From: an uncultured Nitrososphaerales archaeon
Lineage (GTDB): Archaea; Thermoproteota; Nitrososphaeria; Nitrososphaerales; Nitrososphaeraceae
DNA length: 64,000 bases
Direction: 5' to 3'
Assembly (NCBI GenBank): GCA_963713605.1
Contig: CAVQMO010000005.1
Location: 278,271 to 342,270 of the forward strand
A program made the position numbers and the translations under genes. This document shows, one piece after another, positions 33,641 to 47,424 of this stretch. Under the pieces are notes generated by a model. That model saw only the letters and a program-made list of their open reading frames with translations. It was not told the DNA's origin and ran no database searches. Position 1 is the stretch's first letter; each line of letters begins with the position of its first letter.

Positions 33641-35411
33641 ATGTGTTCTATTATAGGATACAATGGGCAATTATTAGTAGCACCTTTATTAGTAGATAGT
33701 CTTAAGCGGATGGAATATAGAGGTTATGACAGTGTAGGTATAGCGACAATAAATAATGGCAAGATCCTGCTCAAGAAAGGTGTGGGTAGGGTTTTGGAAG
33801 TTGATGGGACGCTTGACATGAAAAGTATGAAGGGGTTCACGGGTATTGGGCACACTAGATGGGCAACGCATGGCGGCGTTACCGATAAAAATGCCCATCC
33901 TCATTATGGCTGTACAGATAGCATTGCAATCGCCCACAATGGGATCATTGAAAATCACGAAGAGTTGAAGGAAGAGCTTATTGACTCAGGTCATGTTTTT
34001 AAAAGTAATACAGATAGCGAAGTAATCGCACATCTTCTTGAAAACTATTACAATGAACTAAAAGATATAAAGAAAAGTATAATGGAAACATGCAGTAGAC
34101 TAAAGGGAGCCTATGCATTTGTGGCGGCATTCGAGGATGGGACCATTTGCGGATCCAGATACAATGAGCCATTAATAATCGGAATAGTAGATACAGGGAA
34201 TTTCCTGTCAAGTGATATCTTGGGATTTATTGAATTTACTGACAAAGCCATTTTTCTAGATAATAGGGACATTGTGATCTTGGATTCGAAAAACTATCAA
34301 ATTTATGACTCCGAGGGAAAAAACGTGAATCGAACAGTTACTCAGGTGGCGTGGGAATTAGCCGCAGTAGATAAAGGAAAATACTCACACCACACTTTAA
34401 AAGAAATTCATGAACAACCAAAGGTATTAGAAAAAGTAGGGATCTCCAGTTTAGATAAGATAGAGGAAGTTTGTAATGTCCTTCGGAACTCCAAGACTGT
34501 ATTTCTGACGGGTAGTGGAACAAGTTATCATTGTGCTCTAATCGCAAAACACTTGTTATCAAATTTTGGAAAAATTCACGCAGAGACTGTGATGTCAAGT
34601 GAATTCCAATATACGCTTGCGGGCGTTGATAATTCATCAGTGGTCTTGGCATTTTCTCAGAGTGGTGAAACAGCAGATGTATTGCATTCTGTAAAGGCTG
34701 CTAAACAAATGGGAGCCAAAATACTCTCTATTGTTAACGTTCCGACTTCTTCATTAGCCAGAATCAGTGATTCATTCTTGACAACCTCGTGTGGGCCTGA
34801 GGTAGGAGTAGCGGCAACAAAGAGTTTCACGGCTCAATTATCTCTAATCTATATGATAGCAGATAGATTATGTAACGGCTGCTTAGGTTTCAAGGCTAAC
34901 AATTCACTTGTTGTTGATGCACTTTGTGAAGTTTTAGATTCCGAAAAAGAATTCCATGATATTGCTCAGAAGCTTCATTCTGCTCGAGACATTTACGTCC
35001 TCGGTAGATCGATACACTATCCTATTGCCCTTGAAGGAGCACTGAAAATAAAGGAATTGTCATATATTCACGCAGAGGGTATAGCTGCTGGTGAATTAAA
35101 GCATGGACCATTGGCGTTGATAGATAAAGATAGTCTACGTAATAATCTTGAATCCTAGCGATTCTACTTCAGATCGTAACATTGCTAGCGCTCATGAGAT
35201 AAAAGCTAGAGGGGCCACAATAATCGGTATTTCTGACTTACCAAATGAAGTATACGACATTTTTATCAAGATCCCATCAATCGAATGCAGTGCTATCTAT
35301 CCTATTATAGAAGTGATACCTCTTCAGATTCTGGCCTACTACCTGTCACTTGTAAGGAATATAGATCCAGATTATCCACGCAACCTTGCGAAATCAGTTA
35401 CTGTAATGTAG
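33641..35411 (+). CDS. glmS: Glutamine-fructose-6-phosphate aminotransferase (isomerizing), frameshift near 35135
   Basis: [48 protein letters not shown]. Confidence 0.95.
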
Positions 35412-35574
35412 AGCAACTTCCTACGCCTTGGCACAGCAGATATCCCGAGACACATGTATCTAATTATTGACTGTCAAAGAACCTAATCCAATTATTACAT
35501 GTAAAATCTAAAACTTATCTTGGAATTTAGCTTATTATCATTCTCTAGTCAAGGAGGCAGGTGAGAACTTTGAA

Positions 35575-35901
35575 GTGGTTTCAGAGATCAGGATCCTTGA
35601 TCACGAAGAAGTTTTCGAGGATACGGCAGAAGATAATGAATTATGGTCTGTTTATGGCCTGGCAAAGCCGAATCCAAAAGAGGAGCCAAAACAGCATAAC
35701 GGGCCAGAAACGGGATCGGGATCTCAGCCAGAAAAAGTGGGAACCAATCCACTAATCGAAAACCCAAAAAATGAGGGCTTTAGTCCTACTATTGGTGACA
35801 AACACGCTCAAAAAAGGCAAATGGGAACTAATGGACTAATTTCTAGCAGTAGGACAGATAACGATCAAAAACAGAGCCCCACAGATCAAGGGTCAACATA
35901 G
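35575..35901 (+). CDS. Hydrophilic hypothetical protein, possibly extending by frameshift to about 36140
   Basis: 108 aa ORF; downstream frame NEIGNEIPSNNYDY...ILLEVVRRYILKY also looks coding. Confidence 0.4.
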   Translation: MVSEIRILDHEEVFEDTAEDNELWSVYGLAKPNPKEEPKQHNGPETGSGSQPEKVGTNPLIENPKNEGFSPTIGDKHAQKRQMGTNGLISSSRTDNDQKQSPTDQGST

Positions 35902-36313
35902 CACCCACAACATAATGAGATAGGAAATGAAATTCCTTCAAATAATTATGATTATCACTATTATAATCATAATGGGATTTCTGATCGTGCAAATTAGTTA
36001 GAAGTTAATTCTGAACCAAAATTAGACCCCAAGACCCCAGGAGTTGAAGATGATAACGATATTCTGCTGGAAGTTGTTCGTCGATATATTTTGAAATATT
36101 CTGTTTTGCTTCCTGCATTAGAATGGTTAAGTCTCTATGAATAGTAGATTGTGAAATATTCAAGTATTTGCTATCTCTCTTTCAGTAAAACCCTTGCTAC
36201 TTAGGTCGAGTTCCATATCTCTACGCCATGCTATTTGTTGTTAATTCACTTCATTGCGTGATTGATTCATTATTTGAGTGTGATTTATGTAATGTGATTC
36301 AGTTTGATATCTC

Positions 36314-36749
36314 TTAAGTTAAACCTAATTGTCTCATCATACCCATTTGGTCAAAGAAAAGATTTTCTTCATCGATTTGACCATTCTTCCAGTGTGCAAT
36401 CTGTACAAAAGTCGACCTGAAAGGTCTTATTGGTTGGGGGAATCATTTTTCCTGCTGCACCCACCATAGGACCTTTGTGGGTACCGGTAAAAATCGCAAT
36501 CGAGCAAGTCCACTCTCCTTGACCAAATAGTACCTTATACGGGTTGTTTTGGACATGGTTATCAGGGAATATCTTGAACATTTCTGTACCTTCGCTTCGA
36601 TGTGCATCAAGACCTTTCGTAGGTTCAGATTGACCCGGCCACCTCACTATGACATCCTGAGTATGACGCTTGGCGAATTTGTCCCAATCTTGACTATTCC
36701 ACGCATCATCTAATGTCTTCATAAGGCGCATATTTTCTTCTGCACTCAA
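36314..36749 (-). CDS. Ester cyclase / SnoaL-like (NTF2 fold) protein, frameshift near 36400
   Basis: DDAWNSQDW, FPDNHV, FTGTHKGPM...IPPTNK; shifted tail AHWKNGQIDEENLFFDQMGMMRQLGLT. Confidence 0.85.
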
Positions 36750-37700
36750 TACCTCTTTGTGGAGCGGCGAAGCATAAAAGGTTAATTTATATCATCATTA
36801 TCATTCTCTCTTCTAGTGACATGCTATAGCATATAATATCGAATATGCTGCGCAGAAGCATACTGTATTCAACGAGTCCGCGCTGTTGTGGATTGATGCG
36901 ATCCTGCAATTGCTCAATGCTATAACCTAACTTATTACCTATACTCTGTCAGTCAAATTGTTGATTGTAATCTAAGTGGATTTTGGAATTATCGTCTGTC
37001 CTGCAATTTGCCTGGTACCACAAGTTCCTAATTGTCATACGAATTCCTTGACGCATTTGTGCTGCCTGATTGAATTATGGATAGTGTTGACAACAATTAT
37101 GTCAAGTCTGCACAAATACACAAATGGAAAATGAATTACTTCGGTGATCTTTCATAGCCACTTCTATATTTTTCAGGGAGGTGTGCCCATTGAAACGTCA
37201 AATTTACAAGGGTTCCTAACCTTTTGTACCTACCAAGCTGTTTCAAGTATCTACTAGAAATATGATTTCATCTAAATGATGGATTGTTGGAGGAAAGTAG
37301 AAGCCAAAAATTGAAAAGGAAGAACTTCCGTTTGTTTTTCGCATTTGGTATTTGCAAAACACAGATAATGAAAATATACTGATAGATGGCAATTAATTTC
37401 TGGTAGGTGACCCTCCCGATCATTTGACGCACCAATCTGTGTGATATTTCTGTTTCAAAAGATAACCCTATTTATTTACACTTATTCTAAAACTCGATAG
37501 GCAATATGCAATATTTGAGGGTGCCAAACCAGTAATTTAACTATGCATTCATTCTAGAAGACAAAATTTTGACCCATTCGGTGGGAGAAGAAATCTTAAG
37601 CATCCCTTGGCTCAACTCCGTAAGATTACATAAGCAATATTTTAAGTGACTTAATTACTCAATTTAGATATAGCATGCATCCTCGAGAGATCAATATATT

Positions 37701-38609
37701 ATGCTACAAGGGTTCATACACCATGTTCTAGCAAAACCTCTGATTAGGAGTTCAATATTCTTCCTTTTAATGCTGTTTTTACCCGTTGCCATCATTTTCA
37801 TGACTCCTCCCACTATTGCTATCGATGAGGTAGCCACTGCCTCGAAGCTTGATAATCTATACTCAACAAACTTCAGTGCAACACCATTCCCTTCCTCCTT
37901 GGTGTTTGACCCCTATGAGGAATACAGACATGTAGTCCTCGATAGGACGGTGACCATAATGGGGAACATAATGTTGCAAGAACTTGAAAATACTACTGAC
38001 CAAGATAATAGCATTGATATGAACTCAGAACAAACCCATCAATCTGTGCGATCACAAGAATCGCAACGATTCTTTGACGGCATGACCAAACGGTTAGGCC
38101 TACAAAGCCAAGCAGCAACAGCAACAACAACTAAATGAAAATCTCCAACTAAAGCATCTGGGACAGTTGAATGAACCAACCTACCCAATCAAGCAACTTT
38201 CTAGTCCAGAAGCAAGAAATCAAAAGGAAATAGTTACAAAATCCTCTTGGTTTCCTTCAATTCCCTCCTATTACTGCGACGGTTCTTGTACTCTTTTATC
38301 ATCGAAGGTACAGTTAAATTGGATTTAGACAAACTGAAAATAGCTAACCAATACCCGGTGACTATTAAAATTCTGACCGACAAACTAGGGGTTACGAACA
38401 CGGACGGAAACAAGGATGTGACTGGAGAATTGAATATAGGAAATAATCAGTATTTTAGTGAAAATGCCAATGCTAGTGACCATAGTGTCAGGGAAACTGA
38501 TGATGTCTATAATACGAATGCCACAAATAAATTTGCTCCAGAGAGTCATAATCTTGATATACAGAGAATCCAGAACAATTGTAGAATACATGTTTACAAT
38601 TCGAAGTAA
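37701..38609 (+). CDS. Secreted SPWFPS-domain protein, paralog 2 (divergent; two frameshifts)
   Basis: A hidden middle frame encodes SSWFPSIPSYYCDG, joining 37701-38138 to YSFIIEGT...IQNNCRIHVYN. Confidence 0.6.
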
Positions 38610-38894
38610 TAGTTAGAATTTTTGCAGATACTTGTTGTGATTGGTGATCTAATGATTCTGTCCGCAACACGGTAATAATCCTCTTGAACTTTATTGAGGT
38701 TCCTTGTATATGCCAAACGCGTAGGATAAAGTTTATGTGATCTATCTCTTAACAAAAAGCTAATAATCCTTCTAGTATAAGCTAAACTAATTCTTTTCAA
38801 TTCAGTGGTAAAGGGAATAGAAAGAATACTATCTAACGGTTTATCAAAAGTCAATTATAAAGATAACTCTACACATACTACGGTCTACAAAGAA

Positions 38895-40320
38895 GTGACT
38901 TCATGGACCAGTACCACTAGTATCTTGCGCGTTCTATGCGCCGAGCACATAAGGCTCGTAATTTCAATTATAATGGTCTATATTGCAGTAACGCTATTCA
39001 TTGGTAATCCATCTTTGTCAGCGGAGACATCTACAATTTCAAATGCTACGTCTTCGCCCTCATTCACTAGTGGCGAGCCATCAAGGAGCAGAAAACCCAC
39101 AGTTAGAAGCCTCGAGCGCCGGAGAAGCAGTAGAAGTGGCTAAATATCCACAGAATTCTCTTTTGAGTCCCCCACCATCTTCCTTCCCACCGCATGTATC
39201 CGAGCAAATTAACCAGGGTTATCAGACGCCATTATTGACTTTAGGGACAAACCTTCAAACTTTCACTACTCAGGCATCTCAACAGACCCCTCCGTCAACA
39301 CGTAACATTCCTGACTCTCAACCTGTCACTAATCCCGGTACTGACTCGTCGTCTGTGACAGGTTCGTCCCCTCTGGATTCATCAATGACAGCGGAATTAA
39401 GCCCCTCAACAACAGTATCACCACCTTCTGCTCCTGCTCCACCTAGCACTTCCCTACCACAGCCTCTTTTACAACAGTATCCTCAACCTCTACAGCAATC
39501 AGCAATCCAACAACAGTCTGCACCGTCTCCGACTCAGACAACTCCTCAAACGCAGTTGTCCGCGCAGACCTCTCCAACACCCCAAAACATTTTACCCTCT
39601 ACCTCCGGAACAATTCTACCGCAGGCATCAGTCTTACCACCGTTGTCTACTACTTTTCCTCCTACCGTGTATCCACCAGTGAGCTCTATCCAACCCCCGT
39701 CTCCGACTCAGACAACTCCTCAAACGCAGTTGTCCGCGCAGACCTCTCCAACACCCCAAAACATTTTACCCTCTACCTCCGGAACAATTCTACCGCAGGC
39801 ATCAGTCTTACCACCGTTGTCTACTACTTTTCCTCCTACCGTGTATCCACCAGTGAGCTCTATCCAACCCTACGGCTCCCCCTTTACTGGTACAGTAGGA
39901 TATCCCTCGACAACCCTTGGAAATGCAGGTACTGGTGCGACAACCACATCCGTTGGAGGGACGTCTGAGATCGTATCACCTTGGTTCCCGTCTCTTCCTG
40001 CTATGTATTGCGGAGGGACTTTTCTGTTGACGATCGAAGGAACACCTCGAGCAGGTGACCACGAAAATGCCAAATTAGAACCATCAGACCCACACAACGG
40101 CGACGACGATGACAAAGATTCAAAATATGAAAATGGCAAAGACAGACGCTTACTCTCCCTGCAGGTAAATTCAGATAACTCAAGAATTTTTACGGACGAC
40201 GACGCAATATTTGGAAAAATATTCACAGGAAAAAAGAATATCGATCAAAATAAAGGAAGCGATTTTGAGATCAAATCCATTTTTAATGATTGTCAAATCG
40301 TTACGTACAGTAAGCTATGA
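38895..40320 (+). CDS. Secreted SPWFPS-domain protein, paralog 3, with long P/S/T/Q mucin-like stalk (frameshift near 39080)
   Basis: Signal peptide in the 38805 frame, body in 39001-40320; VSPWFPSLPAMYC...IFNDCQIVTYS. Confidence 0.7.
39523..39870 (+). repeat. Apparently exact 174-bp tandem duplication (58 aa)
   Basis: CCGTCTCCGACTCAGACA starts at 39523 and 39697; both copies end CTATCCAACCC. Confidence 0.9.
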
Positions 40321-40873
40321 TCTAATTATTTGCAGTGGCATGTAATTCTAAGAACCTATCTTTCATATCACAGCGACTTATTAATGTCAGAAAAAGTGTA
40401 GGAAACTAGGAATATTAAAAGTAGGAATATTAAAAAAATGGAGGAAAGAAGGAATGTGCGCACCACATACATCTCAATAGGATACTAAATCATGACAAGA
40501 GTAGCAAAACAAGCGGTAAGGGATCTCTGCACAGGCTTAACTCTATTTCAGCGAGATCTTTGCTTTATGGGTAGACATCAGAATTATCTTAAGCACATTT
40601 CATTTTGACACGACTGAAATTTTCCGTGTTCTTGTAATTGCTTATTTGAGAAAGTGAAGGATCTGTTCTATATGTATATTCACTACACCTACGTAAAGTA
40701 AGACCAATCGAATCATTATTCAGTTGTATTTTCGGTAAGTTTAGGATACCTAGTAATAAATATGGGAAAAGTTAAATCGAAAATTGTGTGATGTTTAAAA
40801 GTCTTAATCTTGTTCTATGTCAAATTAACTCTGGTCTCCTATTGTAAAAACTGACCAAATCCTATTATGGTGG

Positions 40874-41656
<783 letters not shown>

Positions 41657-41772
41657 TTCAGATTAAGGTGTGTACTCAAGACAAAACGGTAGCAGCCAAG
41701 ATGAAGGTATGTCAAGATGTTATGAAGAAAAAGTAAAGGTAATTTGAAGTTCAAATACATTAAATAGTTAGC

Positions 41773-43761
41773 TCACAAAGCGATTCTAGAAACGAAAACA
41801 CCGGCATAGCCTGAGTTATATTCACTCCAACTAACTATTAGGGCATAGCCGTATCTCTGACTGGTTTGAGAGGTGTCAGTGATGATGCCATTTTCTTCCT
41901 GCCGTACTAAGCCCATTTGCGGAGAGGTAGCAGAGCCTTGAGTTGTCAGGACATGCACTTGGTCACGATATATGTCGCTAATATTATTGTTACCACGACT
42001 GCTAACCATTTGATCAGAATCTTCTGTTAAGAAAATATCAAATAGCCCCGAGTCATCGGGTACCTGTTGTCCAACCACATTACAATAGCATTAGATCCAA
42101 TACTTTCATTACGATCTGGTAGGAGCAGAAGAGATGGATCAATCGATGAGCCCTGACTGTTACTTATAATTAACGGATTCCCGAATGTTTCCCCTCCATT
42201 CGTGCTTTTTGTCACAAATATCTCACTATTCACATGTCCACCCAGATATTTCTGTTCCCGTTCCTGTGGCGCTTCAACTGTTCCGTAATATTCAGAGCTA
42301 CGGGCTTCGGCATTCGTAGAAGAATCAATAGTACCGAAGGGTTGATCAACGTGTCCTTGTGATGCAGAATTAACTCCATTATTTCCTGGCAGCGAAGCTG
42401 CCGGATAATTCCATACAACAAATACTTGACCGTCTTCAGATGCGGTAATTATTGGATCGACTTCTATTTGACTCACCTCACGAGTATTATTGCTCAGACC
42501 TATCGGAGGGGTAAAATTCTCTCCTCCATCTGTGCTCTTCGAGAAAAAGATATTTGCGATGTCAATATTACCACTCTGGCCACTTTCAAGCCACACTAGG
42601 TATACTATATCATTGTTCATATGCTCCCCCGTCTTATCCTTAAATGTCTTGGACATAGTAGTATTTAGAATGGTTTCATTTAGAATCCCAGGGTTTACAG
42701 GCACTGACAGAAGAAGAAGAAGAAGAAGAAGAAGAAGAAGAAGAAACAGCTATGCCGGTATTATTGATAATAGGTTTGTCGGAGTTAACGACAAATATCT
42801 TAGGTCTTACCGAAAATTCATTTGGACTATTACTAATGTTCAGTGGTTCGCTAAAATTAAGCCCCGCACCGACACTTTTTGAAAATAGTATGTCGTTATT
42901 AATTACGGTTCCATCCTCACGAATGGTGGTGTTAAACCAGGTTAGATAGATCTCGTTATGCTCTCCAGTGGTGAGCTCGGGCATAGATGCAACTCCCGTA
43001 TCACTTATGCTCTCAGTCGCGCCAAACGAAGCACCAAAGTCATAGCTCTTTCTGATCAAGATTGACCCTGCGTTTACGTCATCTGCGCTACCAATCCATA
43101 CTGCGTAAACACCGTTGTCAGAAGGCAGCGAGTCTCGTCTCTCCAGCAGCCCGCAAAGACCGTACCAAGAGAGATGGGCATCGAAAATGTAGTCCCGTTG
43201 TCAGAACTCTTCACGAAAGCAAGCTGTGCTGGCCCTGCCGAGTAGTCAGACCATATGACATACACATTGTTTCCCGATACCGCTATTCTGGGCTCTTGTT
43301 GGAGTCCAGGGGATGAGGCCGTACCTGCTCGTGTTTCACCCAAGGCAGACAGGACTTTAGGGGGGGAAAATGTCTTTCCTCCATCACGACTTTTTGAAAA
43401 GTATATATCCGCTTCCCCAGATCCGGTTGTACCTACCTGACCAAACTATGAATACGTCGTTGCTAGTCCGAGATGATACCATTTGCGGATCGTACGCAAA
43501 AGGAGTGTTGCTACTTAGTTGAAGGGGCAGTGAAGGAGAGGAAGCTTGAGGAGGGACAAAACCGTTGTTTGTTTGTGCCCTAAGTTGGATGATGACTTCG
43601 CCAAGAGCAACGTGGAGAAGTAAAAAATTTAGTATTAATATAATGAAAGGTATTAGGACCAGATTCCTTTTACCGTTAGCACCCTCAAAATTGAAATTGG
43701 CCAACATAGTTCTAAACCTGAACCTATGGAAGTTATAATATTTAAAAGAATATCGGGCCAT
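41773..43761 (-). CDS. BNR/Asp-box (sialidase-like) repeat surface protein, split by several frameshifts
   Basis: Five consecutive ORFs with S.DGG..F repeats (KSSDNGTTF, KSTDGGENF, KSTNGGETF, KSYDFGASF) and VYVVW strands; poly-Ser from a (TCT)n tract. Confidence 0.75.
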
Positions 43762-43870
43762 GACGATCCCCCAAATGGACCTAAATCATAACATGAAGTC
43801 TAAATTCCTAATTATAACGAAAGAAGTTTCTCTGGCTCCTGCGATTTTATGCCAATTATCTGGCAATTCA

Positions 43871-44381
43871 CTATGGAACTAGTTGTGATTGAAAAGCCGT
43901 TGCTGGTAAACTTGCCAGTACAGGCGAAAGCTGTGAGGAAAAAGGGATACAATCGGTAGGCGTGATACTAGGAGCCAAACTGAAACCCAGGAATCCAAAT
44001 TCAGAGCTAATTGTATATGTGCAGACCCAAATGAAGTTACTCGAAGTACTGCTGACGGATAGCGGAGTTGTGACCATTACGATCGGGAACGTCCCAACGG
44101 GACAGTTCACCATTCCTATAGTTGAAACAGGAATAAAAGAAAGAGAGCTCGCCTAAGCACATGGGTATAACATTGTCATCGGAAAATACTGAAGGGAGAA
44201 TTTGTGCTTGTAGAGGTGTTATCGAGCCGCTGTCGATTATTTGTGGTATCATGAGGGTGAGAATGACAGTAGTCAACGCTAGCAAACCAAAAGGCGATTT
44301 AGTATTGCACTGATTTGATTTTGAACGGAAAGAGATCCCATTCTCTTCGAGGCTCAAACTATGCATATGATATATAACCAT
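43871..44381 (-). CDS. Secreted 4-Cys-domain protein A (frameshift near 44135)
   Basis: Signal region in 44037-44381, then NCPVGTFPIV...WVC...ITPTDCIP in 43871-44113. Confidence 0.5.
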
Positions 44382-44934
44382 ATTCTGAAATATAAACAGT
44401 TTTGATCTTTCTCGGAAGTGGGATGTTGAGGACTATGATCAGTGGAACAAAATAGTAAGCGAGAGTTGTAAAAGGTAGTGATTCGAGCAAATTTCAAAGA
44501 TTACATTAGCATATTGCTATCACAGCGCTTGCAATTCCATATTTCCATTTCTTCTCTGTCCACTCATCCATCGTGTGGTTTGTTGCTGGTCTAAGTCAAC
44601 AGCACAATTAGTCAATTCCACGGGAATCCTGCCTAATTCGTAGCGGGCTCGAGCCTCCTTCGGACAGGATAGTTATCCAGGGTACCCAAGCATATACTGT
44701 ACATATTTAATTAGAAACCCTTGTTTATGAAATTACGGTAGTCCAATCAAAGGATCTTTGAGTGAAACGGTTGTGACATCGAGTAAATAATAACAAAAGC
44801 ATGAAAATACCTTCCAACGCTCTCTACCACGACAACTTACTATACGTTGGCAACAATATCGCCATTTAACCCTTTATTGTCATTTAAATGACATTTACTG
44901 AAATAACTTTAAATGCATTTGTAACAACTCTTGA

Positions 44935-45633
44935 TTGAATACATTGAAACATTTGGCTTTGATAAAATCATTGGTGTTGCTACCGGTCTCTATAATATTG
45001 TTAATTCCACTCGCAGACATATTTACTTCCCCAGTACTCGGGCAGGGACTATTACAACAGAGTATTGGTATGGACGCCTCCTGTCCAGTTTCTGTTCCTT
45101 TTAACATTCCCACCGATTTATCAGGTTCGGTTTCGCAGCTATGTGGAATAGCTCCACCCCTCTCCATTCCACCTCAGGAACTGCAACAACCGATAGTTCC
45201 AGTTCTCCCCGAGGCACCGATAATTCCAGGTCCTATGCCTACTTTTAATGGACTTAATGATCCATTTCTGGGATCACCTCTTCAAGATCCTGCTACCGCT
45301 GTACAACCATCTCAAGTTATGACTCCTCAGGTATCATTAACATCACCTGTCTCTGCTTCTGCCCCATCAAGTGGTGCACCGTCGACGATTTATGCATGTA
45401 TGGACATTGCTAGTGGTAATATTCCTGTCAATTCGTTAAGATCCTCTCCAGAATCTGGCTGTCCTTTCCAAACTGCACCGATTGTAATAATGACAGACGA
45501 TACTAGCAATACAGTATCAACATGTTTTGTAGCATCCGATCTTATCACTCCTACTGACAATTGCATCCCATCATCTTCTCCTTCGCAACAGCAACCACAA
45601 GCAATCGCACCTCCGATTTTACCATTTCAATGA
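44935..45633 (+). CDS. Secreted Pro-rich 4-Cys-domain protein B
   Basis: Signal peptide; IYAC...GCPFQTAPIV...STC...ITPTDNCIP. Confidence 0.6.
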   Translation: MNTLKHLALIKSLVLLPVSIILLIPLADIFTSPVLGQGLLQQSIGMDASCPVSVPFNIPTDLSGSVSQLCGIAPPLSIPPQELQQPIVPVLPEAPIIPGPMPTFNGLNDPFLGSPLQDPATAVQPSQVMTPQVSLTSPVSASAPSSGAPSTIYACMDIASGNIPVNSLRSSPESGCPFQTAPIVIMTDDTSNTVSTCFVASDLITPTDNCIPSSSPSQQQPQAIAPPILPFQ

Positions 45634-45924
45634 TTTTTAGGTCTTGACTGATTAAATCTAGAAATACCTAAACGTCCCAGAACTAACTTCCTATCTTGAC
45701 CATATCAAGGGATAGCTGTTCTGAATAATTCTAGTCCATTCATTTAGCTTAACTGACATGGAACTTAAGAGAAATAATTTTTACTGATTTTCACTGATGC
45801 CCAATCCGCTATGTAGCTATGTTTGACATCATTTAAGAAGAAGCAGCTAGGTAAGAACGATGACTGCACGATTCAGCGATTTTATAGAGGATTGATCACA
45901 CATAGGGGTAAGCTCACTATTCAG

Positions 45925-46380
45925 CTACCTCCAAAGCGCTTTTATTTGACCAGCTGTACCAGCAGTTTTCGGAGTCAGATATTGTTGACTCATATCGGAG
46001 TTTTCTTGGAACAATACTTTTCTGATCTCAATATCATCTAGCAAAAGATCAATTATTTTCATATTATCTGCCTTATCATTAGCGCATATCATATCAATCG
46101 CCTGCAATTTCCACTGACTCTCTGTGGCCTTTTCTGCTAACTTGTAGATATTGTAAATTACTTTTCCAAATGACGTCAACCTATATTTTCCCTTTTCTCT
46201 ACCGATCAATGAAGCAGAACGAAGATCATTGATTCTGTCGTAGTATTGGCGTTTCGAAAGTTCTAAACCAGCGATTAGCTCTTCTGAATCAGCATCGTTA
46301 ATGGAAATGGTTTTGAAAAGACTAAGCGATTTCTCATCAGATAGCGCGTTAAATACATCTGTTACTGAAAGCTTTTTCAT
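45925..46380 (-). CDS. Winged-helix DNA-binding protein, copy 2
   Basis: LSDEKSLSLF..LSKRQYYDR..LTSFGK..WKLQAID. Confidence 0.75.
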   Translation of the reverse strand: MKKLSVTDVFNALSDEKSLSLFKTISINDADSEELIAGLELSKRQYYDRINDLRSASLIGREKGKYRLTSFGKVIYNIYKLAEKATESQWKLQAIDMICANDKADNMKIIDLLLDDIEIRKVLFQENSDMSQQYLTPKTAGTAGQIKALWR

Positions 46381-46780
46381 AATATTTTGTTGGACTAGAA
46401 GCTAATATTGGTTCTGTGAAACTTATTGCCATATTTTACTTAAAATGTGCCGAAGTATCTGATTATATCCATTGAGCAAGAAAGATCGTCTTTTATCACT
46501 TTCAACGCACAATTGCCATAGCATTGGCTAAATCTAGCTAAATTGCCTATTTGATGGATTTTAATTGAAAGGCGCGGGGCAAGTCGTTCCTTTGAAATTT
46601 TATCCCTAGAAACATGAGTTGCTTTGTTTACGATTTGTTGATTTACTATTTTCAGTACATTCAATTCAAACTACTACTATCGACAGGGTAGTATTTACAA
46701 ATCCTGTATGGTATTTATTAGTTTTGCCCAATTAAGCAATGCTTAAATATGCAACTAATGCAAGGGTGATATAGAGAATA

Positions 46781-47326
46781 ATGCCGAAATTGCGCGTAGC
46801 CCTGGAACAATCTAGTCTGGTTTCCAAGAAAAGGGACGCCAATGACATATATAAACAAATTGACTCAGAGACTAGGACAGTTGTATCGGTGTTGTCCGTT
46901 GTGTCCGACAACAAATCCCTTTCCTTGTTCAATACCATTGCCGTTGCGAACGTGTCAAATCCTAGATCAGCAGATGGACAACTACAACGGCAGCAACCCA
47001 TCACTGACATTCTTGTATCACGTACGAATCTGAGTCGTAAGCAATATTATTCACGTATCAACCGGTTACGTGAAGCAGGTTTAATTCGAAGGAAGGGTTG
47101 TAGATTTATCCTTACTTCACTTGGAAGAGTAGTCTATGAAACTCATAAGACAATACGATTTGCAATCCACAATCAGTGGAAACTAAAAGCGATTGATTCA
47201 CTGGATACTTCTTTATCTACAGCGGGAATGCCTACTGAAGATAGACGCGAACTTATCGGCGCCCTATTAACGGATAATGCAGAGATAAGGGATATTCTAT
47301 GTCAGAGTCATGTCAAAAATGATTGA
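46781..47326 (+). CDS. Winged-helix DNA-binding protein, copy 3
   Basis: VSDNKSLSLF..LSRKQYYSR..GLI..LTSLGR..WKLKAIDS. Confidence 0.75.
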   Translation: MPKLRVALEQSSLVSKKRDANDIYKQIDSETRTVVSVLSVVSDNKSLSLFNTIAVANVSNPRSADGQLQRQQPITDILVSRTNLSRKQYYSRINRLREAGLIRRKGCRFILTSLGRVVYETHKTIRFAIHNQWKLKAIDSLDTSLSTAGMPTEDRRELIGALLTDNAEIRDILCQSHVKND

Positions 47327-47424
47327 ACGTTAAAAGCCTAGATTTCGCCATGGCCGCCCGGGATGCCAATAATGGAACCGTCTGGTCGAAGACATGGCTA
47401 TGGCGAGCGGGAGAGGATTAAGTT

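Noticed and set aside
35120..35160. Programmed frameshift or split glmS
   Set aside because: No slippery heptamer; similar indels occur throughout the window, so sequencing error is the simpler explanation
42490..42882. Poly-arginine protein
   Set aside because: Antisense reading of the (TCT)n poly-Ser linker in the BNR-repeat gene
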